DNA of 54,064 nt from IMG/VR virus record IMGVR_UViG_3300042309_000278, positions 1 to 54,064 of that record; one strand, given 5' to 3'. The notes under the pieces are model-generated. The model saw nothing but the letters and a program-made list of their open reading frames with translations. It did no database searches and was not told the DNA's origin. Origin of the DNA: a virus (lineage: Duplodnaviria > Caudoviricetes). Of the stretch, positions 1 through 9,875 are shown piece by piece (position 1 is the stretch's first letter; each line of letters opens with the position of its first letter). Position numbers and translations under genes: made by a program.

Positions 1-258
1 TCCACCGCCAAAGTCAGTATTGGTGTCGCTAGTTGCAACAACTTCGTATTCTTCGGTGACATCTTCTTCTTCGGACTCATCGTCCTCAAAGTCTTCGTCA
101 TCGTCAAACTCTTCATCATCTTCGAAGTCTTCTTCATCTTCATCAAGGAGTTCCTCCTCGACTGGCTCTTCTTCGTCAATGGTATCATCCTCGTCAACTT
201 CGTTGTCGGTGTCTTCAAGGATCTCTTCTTCTTCGTAGAACTCTTCTGGCTGAGGCAT
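1..258 (-). CDS. gp22: Prohead core scaffold protein (gp22-like), 5' part only; runs off the window edge
   Basis: Manual translation MPQPEEFYEEEEILEDTDNEVDEDD... is extremely acidic. AGGAGA RBS at 265-270, late-promoter-like TATACATA at 281-288, and position directly after gp21 as in T4. Confidence 0.75.
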   Translation of the reverse strand, partial: MPQPEEFYEEEEILEDTDNEVDEDDTIDEEEPVEEELLDEDEEDFEDDEEFDDDEDFEDDESEEEDVTEEYEVVATSDTNTDFGGG

Positions 259-280
259 TAGAAATCTCCTTTGTCTTCCC

Positions 281-288
281 TATGTATA
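281..288 (-). promoter_or_regulatory. T4-type late promoter variant TATACATA
   Basis: One mismatch from the T4 gp55 consensus TATAAATA; intergenic, just upstream of the gp22 RBS. Confidence 0.6.
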
Positions 289-292
289 TTAT

Positions 293-940
293 TTAGAGTT
301 TTGATATGAAGTCCTTGAAGACTTCTAACTTTGCTTCTTCTAGTTCTCTTGAACTAGCCTTCTTTATAACTTTTTGGTAGGAGGAAATGGTCTTCTCCTG
401 TAGGATTCCATTATTCCAAACCCATTCCTTTCCTTCCATGATGCCGTTTACAAAGGCATTTGGGGCGGATGGGTCTGCAACGATATCGACCGTGGCAAGA
501 CTGAAATCATCCTGAACTTCGTTGATTCCATTCACTTGCTTGAGCGAACCCATGCCACGGGATGAAACTCCAAGACGAACACCCTCATCAATAAGATTCT
601 TTACGATGTTTCCGAATGGGGTGTCGAGGATCTTTGCCTTGCCATAGACAACCGTGCCATCCATGTTCATTTCCTTGATGATGTGTGAAACACGATCAAG
701 GTTGAGGGATGGACCCTGTGGGTGTCCTAGTTCGCCAAGAGAACGGCTGCTCTTGATGTAGTTCTCATTGTACTTCTCAACCTCACGCTCCATGATGGAT
801 TGTGGGTAGACGCGACCATTCTTGTTCACTTGCTCGGATTCCATGAACACACCACGAATGTAGTAGTTCTTCTTTCCGTTGCCAGCATCCTCAGCAATGG
901 TCTGAATGTTTGTCTCGTTGTGTTCTGTAATCAGTAGCAT
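293..940 (-). CDS. gp21: Prohead core protease
   Basis: Motifs NKNGRVYP, LGELGHP, GVSSRGMGS and DIVADPSAPNAFV typical of T4 gp21; synteny. Confidence 0.96.
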   Translation of the reverse strand: MLLITEHNETNIQTIAEDAGNGKKNYYIRGVFMESEQVNKNGRVYPQSIMEREVEKYNENYIKSSRSLGELGHPQGPSLNLDRVSHIIKEMNMDGTVVYGKAKILDTPFGNIVKNLIDEGVRLGVSSRGMGSLKQVNGINEVQDDFSLATVDIVADPSAPNAFVNGIMEGKEWVWNNGILQEKTISSYQKVIKKASSRELEEAKLEVFKDFISKL

Positions 941-946
941 GATTCT

Positions 947-1204
947 TTAGCCCTTCTTTTTCGAGCGGAGGAGTTTGAAATCTTTTGCGTCCAATTTACC
1001 ATTCTTGTTCATATCAATTTTGTGTTGATTGCCAATAAGGTTTTCATTGACATCTATATCGCCATAAATGCCTTGACCAACTTCTGCACGAACATCATCG
1101 ATGTTGTCTGCAACAGTGGAGAAAAGAAGGCTGTTTGTAAGTTCCTTAGCAGCGACGAAATCTTCGTCCATGATTGCTCTGATTAGATCTCTTGAGTCGG
1201 ACAT
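947..1204 (-). CDS. Small prohead core protein (gp67/gp68 position) with C-terminal EF-hand/dockerin-like loop
   Basis: Lies between portal and protease; contains DMNKNGKLDAKD; upstream ATAGATA and AGGAG. Confidence 0.6.
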   Translation of the reverse strand: MSDSRDLIRAIMDEDFVAAKELTNSLLFSTVADNIDDVRAEVGQGIYGDIDVNENLIGNQHKIDMNKNGKLDAKDFKLLRSKKKG

Positions 1205-1224
1205 TTTATTCTCCTAGATTCTAT

Positions 1225-1231
1225 TATCTAT
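1225..1231 (-). promoter_or_regulatory. Late promoter variant ATAGATA
   Basis: Overlaps the portal stop codon, 21 nt upstream of the 947..1204 start. Confidence 0.45.
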
Positions 1232-2907
1232 TGTTTCTTATTACTCTGTGTTTGTTCACCGCCACCCATTTGTGCTTGCATCTGTGCCTGAGCCTGTTGC
1301 TGTTGCAACTGTTGCTGCATCTGAACATCGCCTGTCATCTGTTGTGTAGTGACCTGTGTAGCAATCTGTGTTGGGATGGAATTGTTTGGGTCTTGCTGCT
1401 TATCTTGCTCCACCTGTGCATTAATGTCTGCAACTTCTTCTTCAGTCAATCTCAGGATATTCTTCTGAATGTATGACTTGGAGAAGTACTTGCCAAGATA
1501 TGGATCGGCAGAGTTCACAAGATTGAGGCGATTTGTCATGATCTCGTTTTCCTTGGCTTCCGTGAAATAGGAGTCCTTACGGAAATCGAAGCGGATCATT
1601 GGGTGAATATAATCCCAATCTTCCTTCGTGATTACACCCTTGAGTAGCAACTGAGTCTTCAGTGCATCAAGGAAAAGTTCTGCAAACTTCTTCCTGAGTC
1701 TTTCGATGAAACGGAAGAACTTGAGTTCGTCTCGCGTGATTTCCGCTTGGCGACCCATGTTGAAGCCGTTCTGATCCGTCTCAAGACGGGACATTGGAAC
1801 ATTGAGAGACTTGTACAACTTCTTCTGAAAGTATAGAACATCGTCCATCTGCCCGAGGTTCTGACCACCTGGTAGGGTGCTGACTTCCGTTCCCTTGCCA
1901 CCTTCGCGGCGAGGCATCCAGAAGTCCTCAAGCATGGTCATGTGCCGTCGTTCGTCCTTCAGTTCTCCCGTAGATGCATCATAAACCAACTTGTTTCGGT
2001 AACGGTTCATGATGTCCTTGAGATACTGCTCTGCCTTGTTCTTTGGAAGATTTCCGACATCGATATAGAACACTCTACGTTCAGGTGCGCGAGATAGACG
2101 ATAGATGACAACTGCATCCTCGACCATCTTGAGTTGGTTGAGTGGCTTCAATGCCTTGTGTACATACGACAGGACTCTCTTCTTACCAGAGTCAAACAAA
2201 CCACTGTGAATATAGCAGATCGAATCTGTGGCAATCTTCACACCCTTTGTTGGTGTGGCAGGAGTGAATGCAGCAGTGGTTGTGGATGTTTCTTCTCGCT
2301 CGCTGTAGACGAAGAACTCATCGACCTTGGTGACAAGATCGGCATTGGTTGCCTTGTCCTTCTTCTTCTGAACATTTCTGACTTTTCTGATGTGAGTCGA
2401 TTCGATTGGACGAAGTTCAACAAGACCCTTCTTTGGGTTTTCCTTGTCGATGATCTTGTGATAATAGAGTCTTCCATCTATGTACCACTTGCGGAATATC
2501 TCGTATCCCTTGTCTTGAAACTTTAGGAGTCTGAGTATTTCATCAAACTCCTCTTCAATCTTGGTCTTTATCTTTGGAGATAATTTTCTATTGTCAACTA
2601 CTATCTCAACGGGACGCTTTGTGTCATCATAGACAACTGCTTCATTGCAGATGTCATCGATAGCCATCTCTACTTCTGGATAGAGAGCCATCTCTCTGTA
2701 CTTTCGAATCATGTCTGCTGTTGACTTGATCCCACCATCGAAATCCATGTACGAACTAAAATAGACACCAGAAGAAATGGGCATAGCCCCGTCATCAAGA
2801 TCAGGAGGGGCGAACGATGCGTTCGTCTTGATATCCTCCTGCTCAAGTTTCGGGGCTATTCTTTCACCCGCTCTACCGAGCGACCAACCAAAAAGTTCAA
2901 AAGCCAT
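1228..2907 (-). CDS. gp20: Portal vertex protein
   Basis: YRLSRAPERRVFYIDVGNLPK, LEDFWMPRREGGKGTE and ITRDELKF are T4 gp20 hallmarks; Gln-rich C-terminal tail. Confidence 0.97.
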   Translation of the reverse strand: MAFELFGWSLGRAGERIAPKLEQEDIKTNASFAPPDLDDGAMPISSGVYFSSYMDFDGGIKSTADMIRKYREMALYPEVEMAIDDICNEAVVYDDTKRPVEIVVDNRKLSPKIKTKIEEEFDEILRLLKFQDKGYEIFRKWYIDGRLYYHKIIDKENPKKGLVELRPIESTHIRKVRNVQKKKDKATNADLVTKVDEFFVYSEREETSTTTAAFTPATPTKGVKIATDSICYIHSGLFDSGKKRVLSYVHKALKPLNQLKMVEDAVVIYRLSRAPERRVFYIDVGNLPKNKAEQYLKDIMNRYRNKLVYDASTGELKDERRHMTMLEDFWMPRREGGKGTEVSTLPGGQNLGQMDDVLYFQKKLYKSLNVPMSRLETDQNGFNMGRQAEITRDELKFFRFIERLRKKFAELFLDALKTQLLLKGVITKEDWDYIHPMIRFDFRKDSYFTEAKENEIMTNRLNLVNSADPYLGKYFSKSYIQKNILRLTEEEVADINAQVEQDKQQDPNNSIPTQIATQVTTQQMTGDVQMQQQLQQQQAQAQMQAQMGGGEQTQSNKKQ

Positions 2908-2925
2908 TCATTTCTCCAAATAAAA

Positions 2926-3495
2926 TTACACTGTAGGCGTGAAGTTACTCAAAACAGGAAGCGTAGATGCGTCTGGCGTACCGACGTTTGAAGTGAAGTA
3001 TGAGTAAGCAAGGGTCACACTAAACTCTTCAATCTGATCAGTTGCTTCGTATGATAAGTCGATTGACGAGATGTCTGTTGGGAAGCAACCAATCAACTTG
3101 TATGCCTTGAGTGGTTTACCAGTACGATCAAGTTGATTGACTTGCCAATCTTGGAATATTGGTCCTGCAAGATTTGTAAACTCTGATGAAGCAACATTTC
3201 GCTCCATTGCTTGAATGCTGTTAACCCAAAGTTCAAACAAGTTACGCAACTGAAACTTATTGTCGTTGATGATTGTGATAGACCAATCACCAAATGTTCT
3301 GTCGCCAGGAACTTTGATTCTTCTTCCACGATATGGAATTTCGATTGTTCCTAGTGCCGTTCCTGGTAATGATGCAGACTTTACAAGGAATGGGGTGAGA
3401 GGACTTTGAGTCCCACCGATGTTTCCTTGAACTTCAAAGAGCGATGGCTTAACGCCCGCTCCCTGCATTGCATTTGCAAATCTCTTGATGTTCAT
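2926..3495 (-). CDS. gp19: Tail tube protein
   Basis: LPG...IEIPYRGRRIKVPGDRTFGDW, FPTDISSIDLSY and IEEFSVTLAY motifs; follows the sheath genes. Confidence 0.95.
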   Translation of the reverse strand: MNIKRFANAMQGAGVKPSLFEVQGNIGGTQSPLTPFLVKSASLPGTALGTIEIPYRGRRIKVPGDRTFGDWSITIINDNKFQLRNLFELWVNSIQAMERNVASSEFTNLAGPIFQDWQVNQLDRTGKPLKAYKLIGCFPTDISSIDLSYEATDQIEEFSVTLAYSYFTSNVGTPDASTLPVLSNFTPTV

Positions 3496-3516
3496 TCTTT
3501 GTTACTCCCTATAGTC

Positions 3517-3523
3517 TATTTAT
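3517..3523 (-). promoter_or_regulatory. Late promoter ATAAATA upstream of gp19
   Basis: Exact core of the T4-like late promoter, overlapping the sheath stop codon, followed by a GGGAG RBS. Confidence 0.6.
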
Positions 3524-6255
3524 TCGATGGTGGTTAGGTTGAAGTCACTTCTCACAGCAACGAAGTTCAACTGAACGAAGTTGATGGACTTCAATGGCTT
3601 GATATAAATGTCTGCAACAAACTGATTGTTGTCGATTACTTGCGATGTATTGTTCGTTTCATCACAAATAACCTTGAAATCAGCAATACCGCGTTGTGCT
3701 TGAACATTAGAAAGGAATGGTGTTACAAGATTGCGGAATTGAGAACGAGTAAACTCATCGTTGAATTCAAAGAGAGAATACTTGGCTGCTTTGGCAATAG
3801 CCTTCTCAAGGGCAATAAACACTCTACGAACATTTATGCGATCAAATGCACTTGGCTTCGTCAACATGGTCTTATCGCTGTAAAGAACAGTTCCAGAACC
3901 ATCGTTGAACTGAACAAAGAAGTTGATTCCATTCTTGTAGAGTTCGTCGCGATCTGCCTTGCTGAAGTTTGTTTCCAACTTCACAGCATTTCGGATAAAG
4001 CCTCTTGAGAATCCTGCTGGAGACTCCCAAGGAATTTCTTGGGCGCAGAGAATTCCAGCAACATCTGACGAGAGAGACATCTTTCTCAACTGATTGTTGA
4101 AGGTGTCGAAGAAAACTTTTCGACCAGCAACAAGAATTGTGTATGAGTTCGACGGAACTTGTAACACATTCTTTCTGAAATTGATGGTGTTAGTTGCTGT
4201 CTGCGATGAATATTGATTTGGGTTTGATGGCTTTGGTGTTGGTATGACAAGCACAGTGTCTTTTCGTGGTGATATTACTGTGTCATACGCAATTCTTTCA
4301 ACCATATCTTCTACTGCTTGAGAAGTATCACTACTAACTGATGATTCTGGAACAAACAGAATATCAACAGCCGAGTCATCATCCGCAAATATTGAGTATG
4401 CTTTCGTATATTCCAGAGTTGACGGACCTGTTAGCGAAGACTCTCCGTGCGCTAGTTGAGACTCATAGAATCCCTTTCTAGTATAAGTGGTTCCGTCAGC
4501 AGCAACGTATGAATAAATGATATCTCCAAACGCCGTGGTTGCATCAGATGATGCGTTTCCACCACCACTTAAACCAAATGGTTTGGTGCAGTAAACAAAC
4601 TGAGAGTTGTTGTTGATGAAATCTTTATAGTAGATTGACTCGCCATCAAGATTCTTTGCATCAGTTGCCTTAGAAAGAAGTTGGAATTTCTCAAGCAATC
4701 CGTTCTTTGGTCCAAACTTTCCTCCCGTATCGATAACAGCGAAACTAATTTCGTCATTTGAACCACCAACATTAGAAGCGAATTCTGATGTATTTGGAAT
4801 CTTGTCGAATATTGAGTTAGAAGATGCAAAATCGCTTGTAGGGGTTGTTACAGTTGTGGCAAAGGTGGATAGATTTCCAACTTGCTTCATACCAAAAGAA
4901 AAGTCTCTCCGAATTCCAGTCAATCCGCCAGTTGTATCAAAAGTCACCCCAACACTTTGCTGAGTTCCATTTACAGTTTTTGTGAACGTAACACCGCCAG
5001 TTAATCCAACTAGAAGGTTCCAACCCTTTATGCTTGTAGATGGTGGCGTTGAACCAAATATATCAGTCGATACTTTAGACCATGTATTTCGGTATAATGG
5101 AAATAGATTTGATGAACCAGAGGGGAAATTTCCACTATAGATCAAACTACCAAAATTAGATGGTATACCACTTGTTAAGTAGTTCTTTGTCCCAACCTCA
5201 CCCGGTCTATTACCGAAAGTGAGTGTTGGATGCATATTTGTAGAATCTGCATTTAAAAACAGAATATCAACTGCTTTGGGGCTAGTTGAATTTATTTTTG
5301 CAAATACAGTTTTTGGACTGTTAGAAGAATTGCTGTATTTATTAAATGGATTGTATTTTGTCCCAACAGGAGAGATTGATTCCAACGCATAGTAGTTTTG
5401 GTTGTTGCCGCTAGGATCAGATCCGTTGTTTGTTAGGGTATAATTGCTGGATGTTGTTCCTGTTGCGTATAGGAAATTAATTGCCGATGTTGTATCCAAT
5501 GAATTTATAAAAGTAGTTGGTTCAACTCCACTTGGCGGAACAATGGTAATCATTGTATATGTGTGAGTACCAGATGTAGTACCAAGAAGTTCATGTCCAT
5601 TTGAATCTATAACAGCATCTGGATCCGGAGAACCGTTATAATATGTAAAAGTATATCCAATTGCTCCTGTGCTTATACCCGCCATCGTAGCGAGTGCATA
5701 TCCACCAATCAGATTAAAATCGGTATATGCGGCTACCGTGGTGTTTACAGATTCGGTTTCATTAGTTGTACCATCCCACACAATTACCTTAAGCGAGTCA
5801 CCAAAATTTCCTGGATATCTCGCACGGAAATTTGCTATGGATTCAATTCCATTTTGACCAGAGAACCCACCAAGTTTTGCAAATTCTTCTTCGTTGGTTA
5901 TTCTAGGATATGTGCAGTTATTGATGCTAGTTATTCCAGCCTCTTGAGAGGTTGAATTTGTATCGCTTGATTGTTCGATTCGAATAACCTTGAGGTTGTT
6001 TGAATACTTCAAAAAGTTTGCTGCTGCGAAGAAATCAATTTCACTCAAACTATCTGATGGATCAAGTGTTGGTTTTCCAAATAAAGCAGCAAGATCGCTT
6101 TCTGATGTTACGCGGTTAGCAACTAGGCACGGACCCCAGTTAAATGTTCCAACCATACCACCACTGTTAAGCGATTCTGGTTGAACGAATTGTGAAAGAT
6201 CGATTTCCGATACATTTACACCTGGGCTTAGTTGTGTTGGGATTGGACTAGCCAT
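3520..6255 (-). CDS. gp18: Tail sheath protein, paralog B (911 aa, enlarged central insertion)
   Basis: N-terminal LSPGVNVSEIDL and FNWGP; C-terminal WESPAG, SAFDRINVRR, FEFNDEFTR and IYIKPLKSINFVQLNF. Confidence 0.93.
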   Translation of the reverse strand: MASPIPTQLSPGVNVSEIDLSQFVQPESLNSGGMVGTFNWGPCLVANRVTSESDLAALFGKPTLDPSDSLSEIDFFAAANFLKYSNNLKVIRIEQSSDTNSTSQEAGITSINNCTYPRITNEEEFAKLGGFSGQNGIESIANFRARYPGNFGDSLKVIVWDGTTNETESVNTTVAAYTDFNLIGGYALATMAGISTGAIGYTFTYYNGSPDPDAVIDSNGHELLGTTSGTHTYTMITIVPPSGVEPTTFINSLDTTSAINFLYATGTTSSNYTLTNNGSDPSGNNQNYYALESISPVGTKYNPFNKYSNSSNSPKTVFAKINSTSPKAVDILFLNADSTNMHPTLTFGNRPGEVGTKNYLTSGIPSNFGSLIYSGNFPSGSSNLFPLYRNTWSKVSTDIFGSTPPSTSIKGWNLLVGLTGGVTFTKTVNGTQQSVGVTFDTTGGLTGIRRDFSFGMKQVGNLSTFATTVTTPTSDFASSNSIFDKIPNTSEFASNVGGSNDEISFAVIDTGGKFGPKNGLLEKFQLLSKATDAKNLDGESIYYKDFINNNSQFVYCTKPFGLSGGGNASSDATTAFGDIIYSYVAADGTTYTRKGFYESQLAHGESSLTGPSTLEYTKAYSIFADDDSAVDILFVPESSVSSDTSQAVEDMVERIAYDTVISPRKDTVLVIPTPKPSNPNQYSSQTATNTINFRKNVLQVPSNSYTILVAGRKVFFDTFNNQLRKMSLSSDVAGILCAQEIPWESPAGFSRGFIRNAVKLETNFSKADRDELYKNGINFFVQFNDGSGTVLYSDKTMLTKPSAFDRINVRRVFIALEKAIAKAAKYSLFEFNDEFTRSQFRNLVTPFLSNVQAQRGIADFKVICDETNNTSQVIDNNQFVADIYIKPLKSINFVQLNFVAVRSDFNLTTIE

Positions 6256-6266
6256 TTGCTCTCCTA

Positions 6267-8168
6267 TTAGATGATCTCAGTGAAGGTGCTATCTGTTCTC
6301 GTTGCGATGAAGTTCAATTGAATGAAGTTAATCGACCTTGCTGGCTTGATGTAAATGTCTGCCACGAACTGATTGTTGTCAATCACTTGACCAGTATTAT
6401 TTGTTTCATCACAAATAACTCTAAAGTCCGTAATTCCTCTCTGTGCTTGAACATTTCTGAGATATGGAATGACTAGATTGCGGAATTGAGAACGAGTAAA
6501 CTCATCGTTAACTTCGAACAATGAGTATTTAGCGGCAGTTGCGATAGTCTTTTCAAGAGTGATGAAAAGGCGACGAACATTGATACGATCAAACGCACTC
6601 GGCTTCTTCAATAGAGTTTTATCTCCAAAGAGAATGGTTCCTTCTCCGCTGAATGTTGCAACTGGATTGACTCCCGCAACATAGAGAAGATCGCGCGATG
6701 ATTGATCTGGATTAAAGGCTAGTTTAATTGAATTTCTTATAGTTCCGCGATTGAGTCCTGCTGGTGAGAACCAAGCCTGTGTTGCCGATTCACTTCTTGC
6801 ACAAAGACCAGCAATATCGGAGTTCAACGGAATATAACGGAACATGTCATTGTACTTATCGTAGATGTACTTCCATCCACTATCCATGACGATATAGGAT
6901 GAATTCATTCCATAAGTTGTATTTCTTGTTGTAATGACACTCGATGTGGCTTGAGCCTGTGTCTTGTTCAAAACATCGCTAAGTGTTGGTGACACAAACA
7001 GTACACAGTCCTTGCGCTCATTGACAAGATCTGCAAGAAGTTTGACTGTTGTTGCATCAGATCTACCCGATATGAGTAGTGATATATCTACGTTGTCGCG
7101 ATCAAGGAACTTACTATATCCCTTGGTGAAGATATTTGCTGTTGTCGATGATGCACCAGTTCCTCCACTTAGGCTATAACGAGATACCTTTGCAGCAGCA
7201 TATCCTCCGCTAATATCAGAGAAGGAAGTTGTGAGATCTTTAGCAATGGTTTCGCCCCAAAGTTGCTCCAGATCACCAGCCCAAATATAGTTTGACTGTG
7301 TGTTGATTACAGAAGTAACATAGTTTGGTTGACCATCGTTGTTGCGAGCATCATATGCTTTCGAAACATTTTGGAATGTTTCTAGAATTGTTCCCTTGGT
7401 CCCCGTAAACAAACCATCTTCATCGATGACCACAACATTGAGTTCGTCGTTTGCGCCACCCTTGGCGGCGGCTTGTGTGCTTGTCTCGGCAGTTAGTTGG
7501 AAAAGATCCGCATACTTACTACGGAACTTCATGCTTGCGCTTAGACCAATTGTACTCGCAATATATGTCTTTGTGGTGACAGTATTTCCTGCGGCAGAAT
7601 CGACAAGGAAAGTTTGTGCAAATTGATTTGTTTGGAAAATCAATTTGTCGTTTTCTTCAAGGGTTCCGCCAAGAACTGTAGAGAATCTGATGGTATTTGT
7701 TCCGATTGATGCCGTTGCACCAACAGTAAGTGTGGCTTCTCCATCACCGTCGATCACAACAACTTTCAGTGAATTTCCCAATACTCCTGGATACTTGGCA
7801 TAGAAAGCAGCCGTAAGTCCATCAGTGCCACCAAGAACATCTTCATTGGCATATTGCAAACCAGTAATACCGGAAGAATTTGCATTGGTTTCATCGCTGC
7901 CTATAGCACGAACAACCCGAAGATCGCGACCGTATTGAAGAAAGTTTGCTGCACAGTGGAAATCGATTCCGTTATCATCACGGAGAGGCTTTCCGAAAAC
8001 TCTTACCAAATCGTCTTCTGATGTGATCGTGACTATTTTTTCTGCTGGACCCCATTGAAATACTCCAGCGATTGCCGCTGTAGTACTTGCAACATTTGGT
8101 GTGACATTTGTGAGGTCAATTTCCGAATAATTCACACCTGGGCTAAGTTGTACGGGAATTCTGCTCAT
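6267..8168 (-). CDS. gp18: Tail sheath protein, paralog A (633 aa, canonical size)
   Basis: LSPGVNYSEIDL, FQWGP, WFSPAGLNRG, SAFDRINVRRLF and IYIKPARSINFIQLNF. Confidence 0.96.
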   Translation of the reverse strand: MSRIPVQLSPGVNYSEIDLTNVTPNVASTTAAIAGVFQWGPAEKIVTITSEDDLVRVFGKPLRDDNGIDFHCAANFLQYGRDLRVVRAIGSDETNANSSGITGLQYANEDVLGGTDGLTAAFYAKYPGVLGNSLKVVVIDGDGEATLTVGATASIGTNTIRFSTVLGGTLEENDKLIFQTNQFAQTFLVDSAAGNTVTTKTYIASTIGLSASMKFRSKYADLFQLTAETSTQAAAKGGANDELNVVVIDEDGLFTGTKGTILETFQNVSKAYDARNNDGQPNYVTSVINTQSNYIWAGDLEQLWGETIAKDLTTSFSDISGGYAAAKVSRYSLSGGTGASSTTANIFTKGYSKFLDRDNVDISLLISGRSDATTVKLLADLVNERKDCVLFVSPTLSDVLNKTQAQATSSVITTRNTTYGMNSSYIVMDSGWKYIYDKYNDMFRYIPLNSDIAGLCARSESATQAWFSPAGLNRGTIRNSIKLAFNPDQSSRDLLYVAGVNPVATFSGEGTILFGDKTLLKKPSAFDRINVRRLFITLEKTIATAAKYSLFEVNDEFTRSQFRNLVIPYLRNVQAQRGITDFRVICDETNNTGQVIDNNQFVADIYIKPARSINFIQLNFIATRTDSTFTEII

Positions 8169-8194
8169 TTTGTTCTCCAGATGATTCTATCATG

Positions 8195-8201
8195 TATGTA
8201 G
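8195..8201 (-). promoter_or_regulatory. Late promoter variant CTACATA upstream of sheath A
   Basis: Intergenic, about 27 nt before the ATG, with a GGAGA RBS in between. Confidence 0.5.
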
Positions 8202-8219
8202 TAAATTTTAGTATTTCAC

Positions 8220-9875
8220 TCAATACCATGAGTTCATGTTGGAGTCTCTTTCTCTGAACCAGAGAGAGCCATCTTCTCCCTTTTCAGGAACAGAATCGTC
8301 CACACCATCATCAATAAAACCAAAAGGAGTCATTTCCTCCTCAAGTTTGTCTATAGTTTCCTTGTAGACATCTTTCCTAATATCAAGGGACGACAAGTCC
8401 TTAAAATATGGTTGTGTTGATAGCCACCCAAACAAAACCAAGGTCATAACAAGGTCATCGTTGTATCCGACCTCTGCCTCAAACGAGTTTTTCTTGGAGA
8501 TAAACGCAAACAGTTCCTTAATCACATCAAAATCCTGAATGATCATTCTATCTGATTCAATCAATGACTTTAGAATGGAACAGCCAGTTCTCTTGACAAC
8601 CTCAGTTGTTCTGACTCCAAACTGACTCGTTCCAGATCCAAATCCCCCGTCGAGTACCTGTCCTTTTCTTCCGCGCATTGTAGACGAGAGGAGATTTTCA
8701 TACTCCATTTCAGCATGAAGTATGTCTGCCACCTGACCACCCATGTCGTTGATTTCAACAAGAACATGGGCATTGTTGTACTGCTTTGCTGCCACATGGA
8801 TGGCATTTGGGAAAACCATAGGGGACATATTGTTGTTCCTGAAGGTGGCTACGAGTTTGTATGGAGCCGCCGTAATGTCCATGATGGTAAATGCCGAATA
8901 GTCCTGTCCAGTTCCTCTAGAGACATCCACACACATCACATATATGTGCTTCTCCTCTGGTTTGGCATAGACCTTGAATCCCTCTCCGTTCTTGAACACA
9001 GGGTCGATGTATGCCAAGGTCTTGAGTTTGGATGGGGATATCAGAGTATGAATAGACCCCACGAAGTCGCAGTCGAACTCTGTCCTGAATTGCTCCTCAG
9101 AGGTGTTGGCAATTGTCTCCTGTTTCCACTTCTCATCTCGACCAGGAACATCCGACCAATGTACATCAATAGGAATGTATGAGTTTCTTCCGTTTGTGGC
9201 ATCAGTCCACAATTTGTAGTACAGATTCATTCCGTGGGGAGTAGAAACTATGAATACCTTCGTCTCTTGACCCGATGAGATCGTTGGATATACGGATGAG
9301 AAGAACTCCTCTGCAACATTCTGCGGAACATATGCAAACTCGTCCAAGAAGATCATGTTGAAAGATCCACCACGGACTGCACTTGATGATGTTGCAGATG
9401 CTAAAACTTTGGACCCATTCTCAAGTTGAATTGATCCTTTGTTCCATTCCACGACACCCTGCTGAAGCCACTTTGGGAGATACTCGTATGCCAGTTTGAG
9501 TCTAGACAGAAGTTCTCTTGCTGTACTCAACTTGTTTGCAAGTATGGCAACATTCACGCTTTGATTGAATAGGACATAGTGCAGAATGTATGCCGTGACT
9601 GTAGTTGACTTTCCGCTTTGTCGTGGAAGTTTCGCAATAACGAACCTGTTGTTGTGAACAGTTCGAACCATCTCCTCTTGAAAGTCATATAGTTCAAACG
9701 GAACAAGACCCTTGTCGAGGCTGATGATCTTCACATAGTTCTGTACAAAATAGATCGGGTCGCGAGCGCACTTGGCATATTCCTCAAGTTGCTCTTTCGT
9801 CCAATCATGCTTTACATCCGAAGCCTTTAGATTTGGATTGCCAAGATAGTTCTTGCTATTCTTAGTATCAGCCAT
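8220..9875 (-). CDS. gp17: Terminase large subunit
   Basis: Walker A PRQSGKST, Walker B IFLDEFAYV, VSTPHG, and nuclease motifs DVSRG and NDDLVM. Confidence 0.98.
   Translation of the reverse strand: MADTKNSKNYLGNPNLKASDVKHDWTKEQLEEYAKCARDPIYFVQNYVKIISLDKGLVPFELYDFQEEMVRTVHNNRFVIAKLPRQSGKSTTVTAYILHYVLFNQSVNVAILANKLSTARELLSRLKLAYEYLPKWLQQGVVEWNKGSIQLENGSKVLASATSSSAVRGGSFNMIFLDEFAYVPQNVAEEFFSSVYPTISSGQETKVFIVSTPHGMNLYYKLWTDATNGRNSYIPIDVHWSDVPGRDEKWKQETIANTSEEQFRTEFDCDFVGSIHTLISPSKLKTLAYIDPVFKNGEGFKVYAKPEEKHIYVMCVDVSRGTGQDYSAFTIMDITAAPYKLVATFRNNNMSPMVFPNAIHVAAKQYNNAHVLVEINDMGGQVADILHAEMEYENLLSSTMRGRKGQVLDGGFGSGTSQFGVRTTEVVKRTGCSILKSLIESDRMIIQDFDVIKELFAFISKKNSFEAEVGYNDDLVMTLVLFGWLSTQPYFKDLSSLDIRKDVYKETIDKLEEEMTPFGFIDDGVDDSVPEKGEDGSLWFRERDSNMNSWY

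Noticed and set aside
20-238. Ser-rich plus-strand ORF
   Set aside because: It is the antisense shadow of the Glu/Asp codons of the minus-strand gp22-like gene.
1228-9875. Introns or inteins in terminase, portal or sheath genes
   Set aside because: The ORFs are continuous. gp17 and gp20 are of normal size, and the sheath B insertion lacks intein terminal motifs.
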